A stretch of DNA of 64,000 nt from Polyangiaceae bacterium (lineage in GTDB: Bacteria > Myxococcota_A > Polyangia > Polyangiales > Polyangiaceae), in contig JANRKO010000033.1 of the NCBI GenBank assembly GCA_033763455.1, positions 160,001 through 224,000 on the forward strand. The letters are read 5' to 3'. Positions 28,485 to 39,573 of this stretch are shown here, piece after piece; positions within the stretch are counted from its first letter, which is position 1, and every line of letters starts with the position of its first letter. Both the position numbers and the translations under genes were made by a program. The notes under the pieces were generated by a model. It was not told the DNA's origin. It saw nothing but the letters and a program-made list of their open reading frames with translations, and did not search any database.

Positions 28485-30232
28485 GGCACGAAGGTCCTCG
28501 TCGTAAAGCTCGCCGATTGGGTGAGTGCAACCAGCAGCTCCCGCACATCCATCCCCGACACTCCAAGTTTCATGTCGAGCGTTGCGGCAAGCTGTGTATC
28601 TGTTGCTATTTCCTTTCGCCCGTAGGCAAAGCGCGCCGCATTGATCGCTGCGCACTGCCGGACGGATGCGCTCATGGCAAGGCGGCTGGCCAACTCAACG
28701 CCACCCGTGAACTTCCCGTCGACGTCCGTGCCGGTCAAATCACCACTCGCATCTACCGCGAGACCATTCTCCGAAGTTCGGTAGGCACCTATCCCGTCGT
28801 ACACTTCCAGCCCAAACCCGATGGGATCCATCAGGCTGTGGCAACCCGAGCAGGCTGCGTCCGCGGAATGCGCGGCGAAGCGTTCACGCGTCGTCAGGTT
28901 TGGATTCGACGGGGGAGGATCGATCTTTACGTTCGGGGGCGGTGGAGGCAGCGCCTGGCAAAACATCCGCGTACGGACAAACTTGCCACGACCTACTGGG
29001 TCAGACTCATTCTCCTTGGCTTGCACCGCTAAAAGCGAGGGCAGGGTGAGCATGCCGCTTCGCCCCATGGCACTCACGTCCACCTGAACCAAAGTGTCCC
29101 CCTGACCTGGATCCGGAACTCCGTACACTGACGCTAAGCTGCTGTTCACGAAGGCAAAGGGCGCCGATAGCAGCGTCTTTACCGTGCCGTCCCCCTCCCA
29201 CACCACTGACTCTATGAAGCGGTCTGTAGACGCCCCCATCGCTGCTTTCTGGGTTTTCTCGAAGTCGGGAAACAGCCCCGGATCCTTCACCAGCTGCGGC
29301 AGAGTAGACACCATGAACCACTGCTCTAGAAACTTTCCAACGCTTTGCCGCGCACGCGGTAAACCAAGCAAGCGCCGCGCCTGGGCTTCTATTTGCGCTG
29401 GAGTACTCAATGAATTGGTGTCGGCTGCCTCCATCAGCGCCGCATCCGGCATGGAGCCTAGAAATAGGTAAGAGAGCTCGGATGCAACTTCGTACGGGGT
29501 GAGCGTGCGCTCTGCCGCACCAGCGCCATATTCCATGCGATAGAGGAGCGCCGGTGATTGGAGCATCGCCTCCAACAAGCGCCGAATTCCAATCTCATAC
29601 GTATCCGTGGTGCGCGTAAGATCGTACACCACTCGATAAGCAGCGTGTTCTTGGGCCGTGACCGGCTGGCGGTGCACCTGCTTGCCGAATCGGTCGATAA
29701 AAGCATCGGCGCACTCAGCCTCCATGGCGGGAGCAGCGCAGGGAGCCAACGCTGAGATGTCAGCTTCCGCTGCTAACCGAACCGCCATCGTGGCATATTG
29801 CGAACCCAGAACCGGCGGAACCGTGAGCACCTCGCTAAAGTTCTCGTAGCCGAGCTGGCGAGACTCCGGGATCAAGGGGTCCGCAGGCGGCGCGGCTAGC
29901 CCCAGTAGATCCTGGACCGTCGCCCGATATTCGTCGTTCGACAGGCGGCGCAACGCTGTCGGCCCAGGTGAACCCGCCGGGATGATGACGGCTGGCTGCG
30001 CACCAGTGCCAGGAGTAGCTCCACCTGTGTTCCCCGCTCCACCTGTGCCGAGAGCTCCAGAGCCACCCGAACCGGGGGTACCATTGGTACCATCCGGTGT
30101 CATGCTGCTGTTCGTCGGCGGCCGTCGTGAGTTAGGCGAGCCTGCTTCGGCAGTGCAGGCGAGGCAAAGGCCAAGCGAAAACAACGTACGGGTTGCCAAT
30201 AGAGAGCACGCACGAACACGCGGCATATTCAT
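28481..30232 (-). CDS. DUF1587/1595/1592/1588/1585 multi-domain lipoprotein with heme c motif
   Basis: LRRLSNDEY.ATVQDLLG, LLEAMLQSPALLYR.E, YEVASELSY, PD..L..AA, PVGRGKFVR, TTRERF..H...ACSGCH..MDPIGFGLE.YD.IG. Confidence 0.9.
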   Translation of the reverse strand: MNMPRVRACSLLATRTLFSLGLCLACTAEAGSPNSRRPPTNSSMTPDGTNGTPGSGGSGALGTGGAGNTGGATPGTGAQPAVIIPAGSPGPTALRRLSNDEYRATVQDLLGLAAPPADPLIPESRQLGYENFSEVLTVPPVLGSQYATMAVRLAAEADISALAPCAAPAMEAECADAFIDRFGKQVHRQPVTAQEHAAYRVVYDLTRTTDTYEIGIRRLLEAMLQSPALLYRMEYGAGAAERTLTPYEVASELSYLFLGSMPDAALMEAADTNSLSTPAQIEAQARRLLGLPRARQSVGKFLEQWFMVSTLPQLVKDPGLFPDFEKTQKAAMGASTDRFIESVVWEGDGTVKTLLSAPFAFVNSSLASVYGVPDPGQGDTLVQVDVSAMGRSGMLTLPSLLAVQAKENESDPVGRGKFVRTRMFCQALPPPPPNVKIDPPPSNPNLTTRERFAAHSADAACSGCHSLMDPIGFGLEVYDGIGAYRTSENGLAVDASGDLTGTDVDGKFTGGVELASRLAMSASVRQCAAINAARFAYGRKEIATDTQLAATLDMKLGVSGMDVRELLVALTQSASFTTRTFVP

Positions 30233-30499
30233 TGCCGAAGAATAGCTGTCACCAACTGGACTGGGGCGTCAAATGGATCAGAATTCTAGCACCAAATCCC
30301 CGCAAACCGATGCACCCACTGAAAACTCACAGTGTGTTCGCAATAGCACAACCACGACGCTCCCCAAGCCACATACTCAGGCTCTCGCTTTCCGGATCAC
30401 ACCCCGACGATTTGGCGCTCGCCAGGCCAAGCGGGGGCCGGGATACCGCTACGTTCGTTGCGATTCTCCGAAGCAGCAGAGTACGCCCCACCGAAAGCA

Positions 30500-31642
30500 C
30501 TAGCTATTTTTGGCTTTGAACAGCTCACGGTGGGTTTCCAGCAAGAGCTCAGCGAGGGGCACATTTTCCGGAACTTTGGATAAATCTAGCTTGGCGACGT
30601 TTTCGGGAGTGGCAAAGGCGCCACCGAACCAGTCGTTGTTGCTGAACATGTTGTAGCGGTACTCACCGAAGGCGCGCATATCGTAACACTTGAGGAGGCG
30701 CCGAAAGCGCAGCACCTCTTGGATGTTAATGCCAGAGGGATCGCCATCGAGTTCGTAGCCCAGGTAGCGCGAATAGGGGTCCACATCTAGGCGTGCATCA
30801 AGGCGGCTCAGTATCTGGGAATCTTGCGGAGAAAGCGGAGTTTGCACAGGAAAGATGCCTAACATTTCCTCGAAGTGTTGCGGCTTATGCATCCCGAAGC
30901 TCAAGGTATGTACAAGCGGTGATTGCAGGCAAAACCTAGCATTAAATTGTATCGGGGTGAGCGGCGCCGTGAGTTGGCTCAAGAGTGCAGAAGGGTTAAA
31001 AAGGTTCCCACCCTTATCATTCGGAGAAATGATGAAGACGCCCATATCGCGCGCGGCCGCGAGCTGAATGGCACCCCAATTGCGCTGCCAAAAATAGTAC
31101 CAATGCAGGTTTACGAAGTCGAAGAGATCCGTAGATATCGCATCGCAAATGGTCTTGTAGTCCCCATGCGTGCTGAACCCTACACTGCCAATGACTCCGT
31201 CTTCTTGGTAGCGCTTGAGCACATCAATGGGGCCACCTTTCACCAGGATGTCGCGGAGGGTGCCGGGCGAATTGATCCCGTGCCAACCGTAGAGGTCGAT
31301 ATGGTCCATTTGGAGCCCAGCTAGTTGCTCTTCAATGGCGCGCTTGGTGTCCTCGCCTGTACGCGGGCCACCTTTGGTCATGAAAAAATAGCTAGAGCGT
31401 GGGATCTTGAGTTCTTGGTTCAGAGCTCGCCCGTAGCAGTGCTCACTCTTTCCGTATCCTTGCGCCGTTTCGATATGATTGATGCCGGCGGCGAACGCGC
31501 GCTGGATAGAATCGCAGCATTCCTCCAACATATCCGCGGGCACTTCATTGCGCGGTTGTTCCCAGCCGTGCGGGAACCGCATGCCCCCCAGTGTGATCAC
31601 ACTCAGGGCAAGATTGGTTCGACCAAAACGTCGATATTGCAT
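30500..31642 (-). CDS. Aldo/keto reductase
   Basis: MQYRRFGRTNL, GGMRF, GINHIETAQGYGKSE, TK, GFSTHG, FVNLHWY, IISPNDKGG. Confidence 0.9.
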   Translation of the reverse strand: MQYRRFGRTNLALSVITLGGMRFPHGWEQPRNEVPADMLEECCDSIQRAFAAGINHIETAQGYGKSEHCYGRALNQELKIPRSSYFFMTKGGPRTGEDTKRAIEEQLAGLQMDHIDLYGWHGINSPGTLRDILVKGGPIDVLKRYQEDGVIGSVGFSTHGDYKTICDAISTDLFDFVNLHWYYFWQRNWGAIQLAAARDMGVFIISPNDKGGNLFNPSALLSQLTAPLTPIQFNARFCLQSPLVHTLSFGMHKPQHFEEMLGIFPVQTPLSPQDSQILSRLDARLDVDPYSRYLGYELDGDPSGINIQEVLRFRRLLKCYDMRAFGEYRYNMFSNNDWFGGAFATPENVAKLDLSKVPENVPLAELLLETHRELFKAKNS

Positions 31643-31895
31643 GGGGGCACGCTCCCCACGCCTTAATACGGAAGCACTCGAAGCGATGGACATCGCAGAA
31701 AGAGTGCACGCCCCTTCCTTCCACCGCAAGCCACACGCCCAAGGCTCAGACGCATATTCGCATGCTACACGCCCGGGCACATGTTGCCCACGCCCTTGCC
31801 TTGGTGTTAGCGCTTGCGTTCGCGTACTCGTGGTAGGCCTCGACGCCATACGCACACGATGGAGGCCTACTGCACCGAAGATGTGGAGGGTGCGG

Positions 31896-31963
31896 AGGCA
31901 CACGCGGGCGGACAGGCGCACGCAGGCGGACAGGCACACGCGGGCGGACAGGCGCACGCAGGC
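31896..31963. repeat. 18-bp tandem repeat, about 3.8 units alternating A-B-A-B (36-bp period)
   Basis: AGGCACACGCGGGCGGAC / AGGCGCACGCAGGCGGAC / AGGCACACGCGGGCGGAC / AGGCGCACGCAGGC. Confidence 0.9.
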
Positions 31964-32089
31964 AGGCGAGAAACGAAGCCATTTCGCAGAGCGATGAGAT
32001 ACTTAGCATGACAAGTACCTCTCGCTCAGGGAAAACCCCCACCCGGCAGCGCTGGCTTCACGGCCCACGCTACTTGGGGTAGCTAAGGC

Positions 32090-32509
32090 TTAGAGGAGCT
32101 CGGAGCCCGGGAAGAAGTAGGCGCCTTCGATGCGACCGTTCTCTTCAGAGTCCGAACCGTGGACGGCGTTTTCGCCGACGTTCGCGCCGTAGAGCTTGCG
32201 GATGGTGCCTTCTGCGGCTTTGGCCGGATCGGTTGCGCCAATGACGTCGCGATAATGTTGCACCGCGTTCTCGCGCTCAAGAGCAACTACGACGACCGGA
32301 CCACGTGTCATGAATTGAACGAGTTCGCCAAAGAAGCCGCGTTCACGATGAACCGCGTAAAAGCCTTCGGCCTGCGCTCGGCTCATTTGAAGCTGGCGCA
32401 TCGCGACGATGCGAAACCCCTCGTCGAGCAAGCGCTGAATGATGGCGCCCTGTTTTCGCTTTTCGACGGCGTCGGGTTTGATGATGCAAAGAGTTCTTTG
32501 AAGTGCCAT
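32090..32509 (-). CDS. ndk: Nucleoside diphosphate kinase
   Basis: RTLCIIKPDAV, FYAVHRERGFF, GATDP, GTIR, NAVHGSDS. Confidence 0.96.
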   Translation of the reverse strand: MALQRTLCIIKPDAVEKRKQGAIIQRLLDEGFRIVAMRQLQMSRAQAEGFYAVHRERGFFGELVQFMTRGPVVVVALERENAVQHYRDVIGATDPAKAAEGTIRKLYGANVGENAVHGSDSEENGRIEGAYFFPGSELL

Positions 32510-32594
32510 GGAGTTCTCCGTTCGAGCGCCCCTCGACGCGCGGCGCACTTTTTAGGCGAAACACATGCTTGGAAACAAGCCCGAAGAGAGTCTT

Positions 32595-32661
32595 TTGCCC
32601 CTCCCATGGCTCCGAATGGAGACATTAGGGAGGGGCAAGCTGCCGGCCTCTGGCCGGCAGC
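32595..32661. other. Two adjacent strong hairpins in the sucD-ndk spacer
   Basis: TTGCCCCTCCC...GGGAGGGGCAA (32595-32638, inner CTCC-GAAT-GGAG) and GCTGCCGGCC-TCT-GGCCGGCAGC (32639-32661). Confidence 0.75.
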
Positions 32662-32674
32662 GGGGCGTGGGCAC

Positions 32675-33568
32675 CTAAAGCATGCTCTTCAGAGTGACGC
32701 CCATCTCCGACGGCGAGGGCGACATGCGAACGCCCGCCGCTTCGAGCGCCGCGATCTTGTCTTTGGCCGTACCTTTGCCACCGGAAATAATGGCACCGGC
32801 GTGGCCCATGCGCTTGCCAGGAGGTGCTGTGGCTCCAGCAATAAAGCCTGCGACGGGCTTCTTCATGTACTGCTTGATATAAGCCGCCGCCTTCTCCTCT
32901 GCGTTGCCGCCAATTTCGCCGATCATCATGACGCCTTCGGTGTCCGGATCGTCGTTGTAGAGCTTCAGTGCATCAATGAAGTCCATACCGGCGACCGGAT
33001 CGCCTCCGATACCGATGCAGGTAGATTGACCCATGCCGAGCGCCGTGAGCTGCCCGACAGCCTCGTAGGTGAGTGTCCCGGAGCGCGAAACCACGCCGTA
33101 CTTGCCAGGCCGGTGAATGTGGCCAGGCATGATTCCGATCTTACAGGCACCCGGCGTGATCACACCCGGGCAGTTGGGACCGATGAGTGTCACAGGTTTG
33201 CCTTCTAGCGAACGCCGCACACGGATCATGTCCATCACGGGTACGCCTTCGGTGATGCAAACCACCAGACGACAACCGGCATCGACCGCTTCCAAAATCG
33301 CATCCGCCGCACCAGGTGCCGGCACGAAGATGCAAGACGTGTCCGCTCCCGTCTGCTTGACGGCTTCGGCTACCGTATCAAACACCGGAACTTTCACGGC
33401 TTTGCCGTCCGCTCCTACGCCTTCAAATACTTCGCCTCCGCGATGTGGCGTACAACCCGCCACGATCTTCGTGCCATAAGCAAGGCATTGCTTGGCGTGA
33501 AAAGAACCTGCGGAACCCGTGATGCCCTGCACCACGACCTTTGTCTGTGCTGAAACTAAAACTGCCAT
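32675..33568 (-). CDS. sucD: Succinyl-CoA synthetase alpha subunit
   Basis: [35 protein letters not shown]. Confidence 0.97.
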   Translation of the reverse strand: MAVLVSAQTKVVVQGITGSAGSFHAKQCLAYGTKIVAGCTPHRGGEVFEGVGADGKAVKVPVFDTVAEAVKQTGADTSCIFVPAPGAADAILEAVDAGCRLVVCITEGVPVMDMIRVRRSLEGKPVTLIGPNCPGVITPGACKIGIMPGHIHRPGKYGVVSRSGTLTYEAVGQLTALGMGQSTCIGIGGDPVAGMDFIDALKLYNDDPDTEGVMMIGEIGGNAEEKAAAYIKQYMKKPVAGFIAGATAPPGKRMGHAGAIISGGKGTAKDKIAALEAAGVRMSPSPSEMGVTLKSML

Positions 33569-33606
33569 ACTCTGTTCTCACCTTCTCCGTATTATCGGGA
33601 GCCTTT

Positions 33607-34806
33607 TCAGGCAGCAGCTACAGCCGCAACAATTTTCTTGGCGCCATCGGCCATGGTGTCAGCAGCCTGGATCTTGAGGCCGCTCTCGTTCAGGATCTTC
33701 TTACCCTCTTCAACGTTGGTGCCAGCTAGGCGCACAACGAGTGGCACCGTGAGCCCCAGCTCTTTGCTGGCTGCTACAACGCCTTCGGCGATCACATCGC
33801 AGCGCATGATGCCGCCAAAGATGTTCACGAAGATGCCGCGCACCTTATTGCTCGTGAGGATCATCTTGAAGGCGTGCGTTACCTGCTCTTTGGTGGCGCC
33901 GCCGCCCACATCCAGGAAGTTGGCAGGAGTGCCGCCGTGCGTTTGGATGATGTCCATAGTGGCCATCGCCAAACCGGCGCCGTTCACCAAGCAACCGATG
34001 TTGCCATCGAGCGATACGTAGCTTAGGCCCGTGTCTTTGGCTTCGAGCTCCACGGGATCTTCCTCGTCTTTATCGAGGAGATCCGCCCATTCCTTGTGCC
34101 TAAACTGCGCGTTATCGTCGAAGGTGACTTTGCCGTCGAGCGCCACAATGTCGCCCGATTTGGTGACGATGAGCGGATTGATTTCGCAGAGCGAGCAATC
34201 TTCCTTCTCGAACAGCGTGGCAAGCTTGGTGAGGAGTGCCACAAAGCTCTGAGTCGTTTTCTTCGCATCCGGCACGCCCTCGCCGAGCTTGAGCGCAAAC
34301 GCGAGCTTTCGCGCCTGGTAGCCGGAGAGGCCCACTACTGGATCGATGTGGACCGTCATGATCTTCTCAGGTGACTCCTCGGCCACCTTTTCGATCTCCA
34401 TGCCACCTTCGGTGGAGGCCATAATGGCGATCTGACGTTGTTCGCGATCCACAACGAGCCCCAAGTACAGCTCCCGCGCAATATCAAGCCCCTGCTCGAT
34501 GTACAGCCGGCGCACCTTCTGACCTTCGGGACCCGTTTGATGCGTAATGAGCTGCATGCCGAGGATCTTGCTGGCTGCTTCGCGGATCTCCGAAGCGCCC
34601 CCTTTGACCACCTTCACGCCGCCACCTTTGCCGCGACCGCCCGCGTGGATCTGCGCTTTAACGACGACCACCGGGATCTTCGTCTCCGCCATCAGCTTCT
34701 CGCCAGCGGCAACGGCTTCATCCACCGTAGTGCACGCGTAGCCTTTGGGTACGGCCAGGCCGTAGCGAGCGAAGATCTGTTTGGCCTGATATTCGTGGAT
34801 CTTCAT
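33607..34806 (-). CDS. sucC: Succinyl-CoA synthetase beta subunit
   Basis: [61 protein letters not shown]. Confidence 0.97.
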   Translation of the reverse strand: MKIHEYQAKQIFARYGLAVPKGYACTTVDEAVAAGEKLMAETKIPVVVVKAQIHAGGRGKGGGVKVVKGGASEIREAASKILGMQLITHQTGPEGQKVRRLYIEQGLDIARELYLGLVVDREQRQIAIMASTEGGMEIEKVAEESPEKIMTVHIDPVVGLSGYQARKLAFALKLGEGVPDAKKTTQSFVALLTKLATLFEKEDCSLCEINPLIVTKSGDIVALDGKVTFDDNAQFRHKEWADLLDKDEEDPVELEAKDTGLSYVSLDGNIGCLVNGAGLAMATMDIIQTHGGTPANFLDVGGGATKEQVTHAFKMILTSNKVRGIFVNIFGGIMRCDVIAEGVVAASKELGLTVPLVVRLAGTNVEEGKKILNESGLKIQAADTMADGAKKIVAAVAAA

Positions 34807-35741
34807 GCTTTTGCCTTTACGATATCAACAACCTTTTGCACGCTGTCGGCGCTCTGCTTGAGCATGGCTTTTTCCTCGGCAGTGAGGCTCAATTCGACGA
34901 TCTTTTCGACGCCGCCTTTACCAATCACGGTGGGCACGCCCATGTAGAGATCCGAGTAGCCGTATTCGCCCGTAAGGTAAGCCGCACACGGCAATAGGCG
35001 CTTCTGATCGAGAAGGTAAGCCTCTGCCATGGCTACAGCGCTCGCGGCCGGTGCGTAGAAAGCGCTCGTGCCCATCAGGCCCACGATTTCGCCGCCACCT
35101 TTACGCGTGCGATCGACGATCGCATCGAGCTTTGACTTCTCAATTAACGATTGCACGGGCACGCCGCTGACCGTGCAGTGGCTCAACACCGGCACCATAT
35201 CGTCCCCATGCCCACCGAGCACCATGGCACGAATATCCTTGATGCTCACGCCGGCTTCCTGAGCCAGGAATAGCGAGAACCTGGAGCTATCCAGCACACC
35301 CGCCATACCCACCACCTTCTCGCGCGGCATCCCGGTGCGGCGCTTGAATTCGTAAACCATGGCATCGAGAGGATTCGAGATAACAATCACGAACGCATTC
35401 GGGCAGTGCTTCTTGGCGTTATCAGCCACATCTTGAATGATGGGCAGGTTGGTACCCACGAGGTCATCCCGAGATTGACCCGGCTTTCTTGGAATACCCG
35501 CCGTGATGATGAGCACATCTGCCCCCGCGCAATCTTCCCACTTGGCCGTGCCCGTAACGCGAGCATCCGCACCGCTCACCGAAGTTGCTTGCTCAAGATC
35601 CAGCGCTTTGCCTTTGGCAAAGTTCTCTTTGGGCGCAATATCAAACAAAACAACATCGCCGAGCTGACGCGTGACCAACATGTTGGCGAGCTCGCCACCG
35701 ATATTGCCTGCTCCAATTAGCGCGATCTTCTTTCTTGCCAT
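34803..35741 (-). CDS. mdh: Malate dehydrogenase (LDH-like)
   Basis: [53 protein letters not shown]. Confidence 0.96.
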   Translation of the reverse strand: MARKKIALIGAGNIGGELANMLVTRQLGDVVLFDIAPKENFAKGKALDLEQATSVSGADARVTGTAKWEDCAGADVLIITAGIPRKPGQSRDDLVGTNLPIIQDVADNAKKHCPNAFVIVISNPLDAMVYEFKRRTGMPREKVVGMAGVLDSSRFSLFLAQEAGVSIKDIRAMVLGGHGDDMVPVLSHCTVSGVPVQSLIEKSKLDAIVDRTRKGGGEIVGLMGTSAFYAPAASAVAMAEAYLLDQKRLLPCAAYLTGEYGYSDLYMGVPTVIGKGGVEKIVELSLTAEEKAMLKQSADSVQKVVDIVKAKA

Positions 35742-35831
35742 GATGCTACTTGCTCCTAAAAGGTTTCTATTTTGGGAATGCTTGGGTGCGAAATGCGCGG
35801 GGCCAGGCCGAGCCTCTGGCCCCTATATTGT

Positions 35832-37223
<1,392 letters not shown>

Positions 37224-37519
37224 GTAAGACGTCTCGCTCCTTCAAGATTCGGCCAAGAATCGGCGCTTCGGGAGGCGCCGGGCCAGCTGCCGGTTAGACC
37301 AATAGGCCGAGAGGGGCAAGCCAGATGTGGGGAGCGAAGGAAGCGAGGCTTGTTTCCTAGCCGAAACATTTTGGACACGCGGGAGCCTGTAACCCAGCTG
37401 TAGCCCATTGGAGTTGGAACCGGACACTCGCCCCCGCTAGAAGAATTGGCGCGGACGCCCTCTGGTGAGTCGGACGCGGTGGTGGAGCTCGGCCGCGTTA
37501 ATTGGGATCGGGATCGCGC

Positions 37520-38005
37520 TTAGGAGGGTGGCTTCGATGGTGACGACGCCGCAGCGCCAGGCTTTATCAGCCTTCGCTCAAAACGACCCACAACGATCAA
37601 TACGAAGAGCGTAAGAGCTAGGCTCAGCCCAGCCAGATAATAGGCTCCTATGCCACACGCGGCGCCGAGAGAACCCGACATCCAAAGACCGGCGGCAGTA
37701 GTAACGCCGCGCACGTGTCCTCGACTCTCAATAATGCTCCCGGCGCCCAAGAAACCAATTCCGCCTACGACGCCTTGTAACACGCGCATCGGATCCACCG
37801 CCCCGCCCGCGGAGGAGGTGGATCCAAGTTCGAAGCCCAGAATGCAGAAGGAGGCGGAGCCCAACGTGACCAGCATGTGAGTTCTCAGCCCCGCTGGCTT
37901 ATTCTTGCGTTCGCGATCCCAGCCTACCAGAGCGCCGGCCACGCACGCGGCCACAAGGCGCTGAATCATCTCCAGGATAGGTAGGCCATACTCCGCCTCG
38001 TACAC
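37520..38005 (-). CDS. MgtC/SapB-family membrane protein
   Basis: GWDRE..NKPAGLRTH.LV.LGS, DPMR..QGVVGGIGFLGAG, GVTTAA.LW. Confidence 0.9.
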   Translation of the reverse strand: MYEAEYGLPILEMIQRLVAACVAGALVGWDRERKNKPAGLRTHMLVTLGSASFCILGFELGSTSSAGGAVDPMRVLQGVVGGIGFLGAGSIIESRGHVRGVTTAAGLWMSGSLGAACGIGAYYLAGLSLALTLFVLIVVGRFERRLIKPGAAASSPSKPPS

Positions 38006-38008
38006 GCC

Positions 38009-38608
38009 CTAATCCTTCTTTATTTTACTTGGGATTTGTTCCAGCTCTGCCAAGGCGGCGTTCATTTTTCGTGTGAGATCAGCTTGGAATTCCTGGATAT
38101 TCTGGACGGTTTTTGATTCGAAGGCCCGCACGTCCCCGCGCAACTTAGCTGTCGTTGCGGCGATGGTAGCAAGCTTGGATTCGGCTTGAGCGCGCGCCTC
38201 AGCGGATTGATCTTTCAGGTTCTCGCGAGCGCGCTTAACTCGGTCGTCCAGATCGTTCAGATCCTTCTCTACCGCAAGCCTCGAAGCTTCGCCGGCCTTT
38301 CGCAAGGCCTCCCTCGCCTCCTTTGCCGCTACCTCAGCATCTGCTTGGGCGCCCTCAATAGCCTTGTTGCCATCGTGAACCGCTTCGCCCACGCGTTCCC
38401 GAGCATCTTCTTGGATCTTTGCAATATCCTTGGCGGCTTCCTGCCGCACCTGCTGCACCTCTTGTTGCGTCTGAGTGGTAGCCGCCCGTACCTCCTGTTT
38501 AGCCTCAAGGGCGGCTTGCTGTGCCTCTCGTTGCTCCTCACCCACACTCTTTTCGCAGCCCACGAGCAGAAACAGGACCACACACTTGCTGAACTTCGCC
38601 ATATTCAC
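38009..38608 (-). CDS. Coiled-coil lipoprotein
   Basis: LLVGC lipobox and an A/E/Q/K-rich helical body. GTG 38608 or ATG 38602 follows a GAGG RBS. Confidence 0.7.
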   Translation of the reverse strand: MNMAKFSKCVVLFLLVGCEKSVGEEQREAQQAALEAKQEVRAATTQTQQEVQQVRQEAAKDIAKIQEDARERVGEAVHDGNKAIEGAQADAEVAAKEAREALRKAGEASRLAVEKDLNDLDDRVKRARENLKDQSAEARAQAESKLATIAATTAKLRGDVRAFESKTVQNIQEFQADLTRKMNAALAELEQIPSKIKKD

Positions 38609-39003
38609 TTTGCCTCTTGGTTGATAGGGAAGGCCGACGCTGGTGCCGCGGCCGAAGAGCCAGTGGCGCCCAGTTGGGCACGCGACCCCAGTGCACGACC
38701 CGTGCCGTGGTGGTACTCAACACCCGTGCGCACAGCGTGCTCACTGCCCCCCTGCCTTCAACACGTTGTGAGCTCGGCGTTGCACGCTCCGACGCGAGGG
38801 GTCGACGCAGTGCCGCTTGGCGCCGATCGTCGCAGGCCCCGGGCGGAGCGTCTTTGAGAATGTACCAATGTGCCACACTGTTGCGCGCGCTGTGGCAAGG
38901 AGGCGCCCGTGAGGAACGCTCACCCCGAGCATGGAGTACAAGCCCCGTTCGCGTTCGTTCCGCTTTGGGGAAGTGCGGAGGCACGGTGCCCACCGAACAG
39001 CTG

Positions 39004-39032
39004 GGTATGTTGCTTGCGGCATGCTGCTTGCA
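39004..39032 (+). promoter_or_regulatory. Tandem sigma54-like (-24/-12) promoter elements
   Basis: GG-TATGTTGCTT-GC (39004-39017) directly followed by GG-CATGCTGCTT-GCA (39018-39032). Both are GG-N10-GC with TTGC. Confidence 0.55.
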
Positions 39033-39069
39033 GTTTAGCTGTGGCCCCAAACAGGAGGACGAAGACATC

Positions 39070-39297
39070 ATGCAAGCGTGCGCAAGCTGCGGAAACAACT
39101 ACGATAAGTCATTTACGGTGCGAATGAATGGAGCAGAGCACACGTTTGATAGTTTCGAGTGTGCTATCGCCAAGTTGGCGCCACCCTGTCAGCACTGTAA
39201 AACTAAGATTATTGGTCACGGAGTGACCTCCCAGGGAACCTTGTTTTGCTGCGCCCATTGCGCGCGAGCTCATGGTGCGCAAGCAGATACAGATTAA
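39070..39297 (+). CDS. Small Cys-rich metal-binding protein (prokaryotic metallothionein-like)
   Basis: GGAGG RBS; CASCGNNYDKSF...HTFDSFECAI..LAP.CQHC..KIIGHG......FCCAHCA; 75 aa. Confidence 0.85.
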   Translation: MQACASCGNNYDKSFTVRMNGAEHTFDSFECAIAKLAPPCQHCKTKIIGHGVTSQGTLFCCAHCARAHGAQADTD

Positions 39298-39384
39298 CCG
39301 CACCTAAGTATACACCTGCACCGAGCGGTGATTCGACAACAGGCATGGCCCGCATTGCATCGCGAGCAAGCCGAAATGTGTTCT

Positions 39385-39548
39385 CCTCTTATCCGCGCGC
39401 ATCTCACTCAGATCGCCGCTCCAGAGCCCAGAACGGTCAGCTTCAGTATTTCGCGAGCCTTATGGCGCTGCACAAACTCTGCGAGCGCCCGATCCACCGT
39501 CTTTGAGTACGTCTTTTCCCCAGAAAGACGGGTGGCTTCTTCAAGCAC
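39385..39548 (-). pseudogene. Frameshifted, 5'-truncated VapB-type antitoxin remnant
   Basis: Minus strand reads VLEEATRLSGEKTYSKTVDRALAEFVQRHKAREILKLT, shifts frame at about 39434, then SGLWSGDLSEMRAD. No N-terminus and no adjacent toxin. Confidence 0.72.
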
Positions 39549-39573
39549 AATTGCCGCGTTGGAGCCACGCCGG

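Noticed and set aside
31896..31963. Tandem repeat as a CRISPR array
   Set aside because: Units are contiguous 18-mers with no spacers, and there are no cas genes.
32159..33208. 349-aa plus-strand ORF and similar long antisense ORFs over sucC, icd and lon
   Set aside because: These are antisense shadows of conserved genes, expected at high GC.
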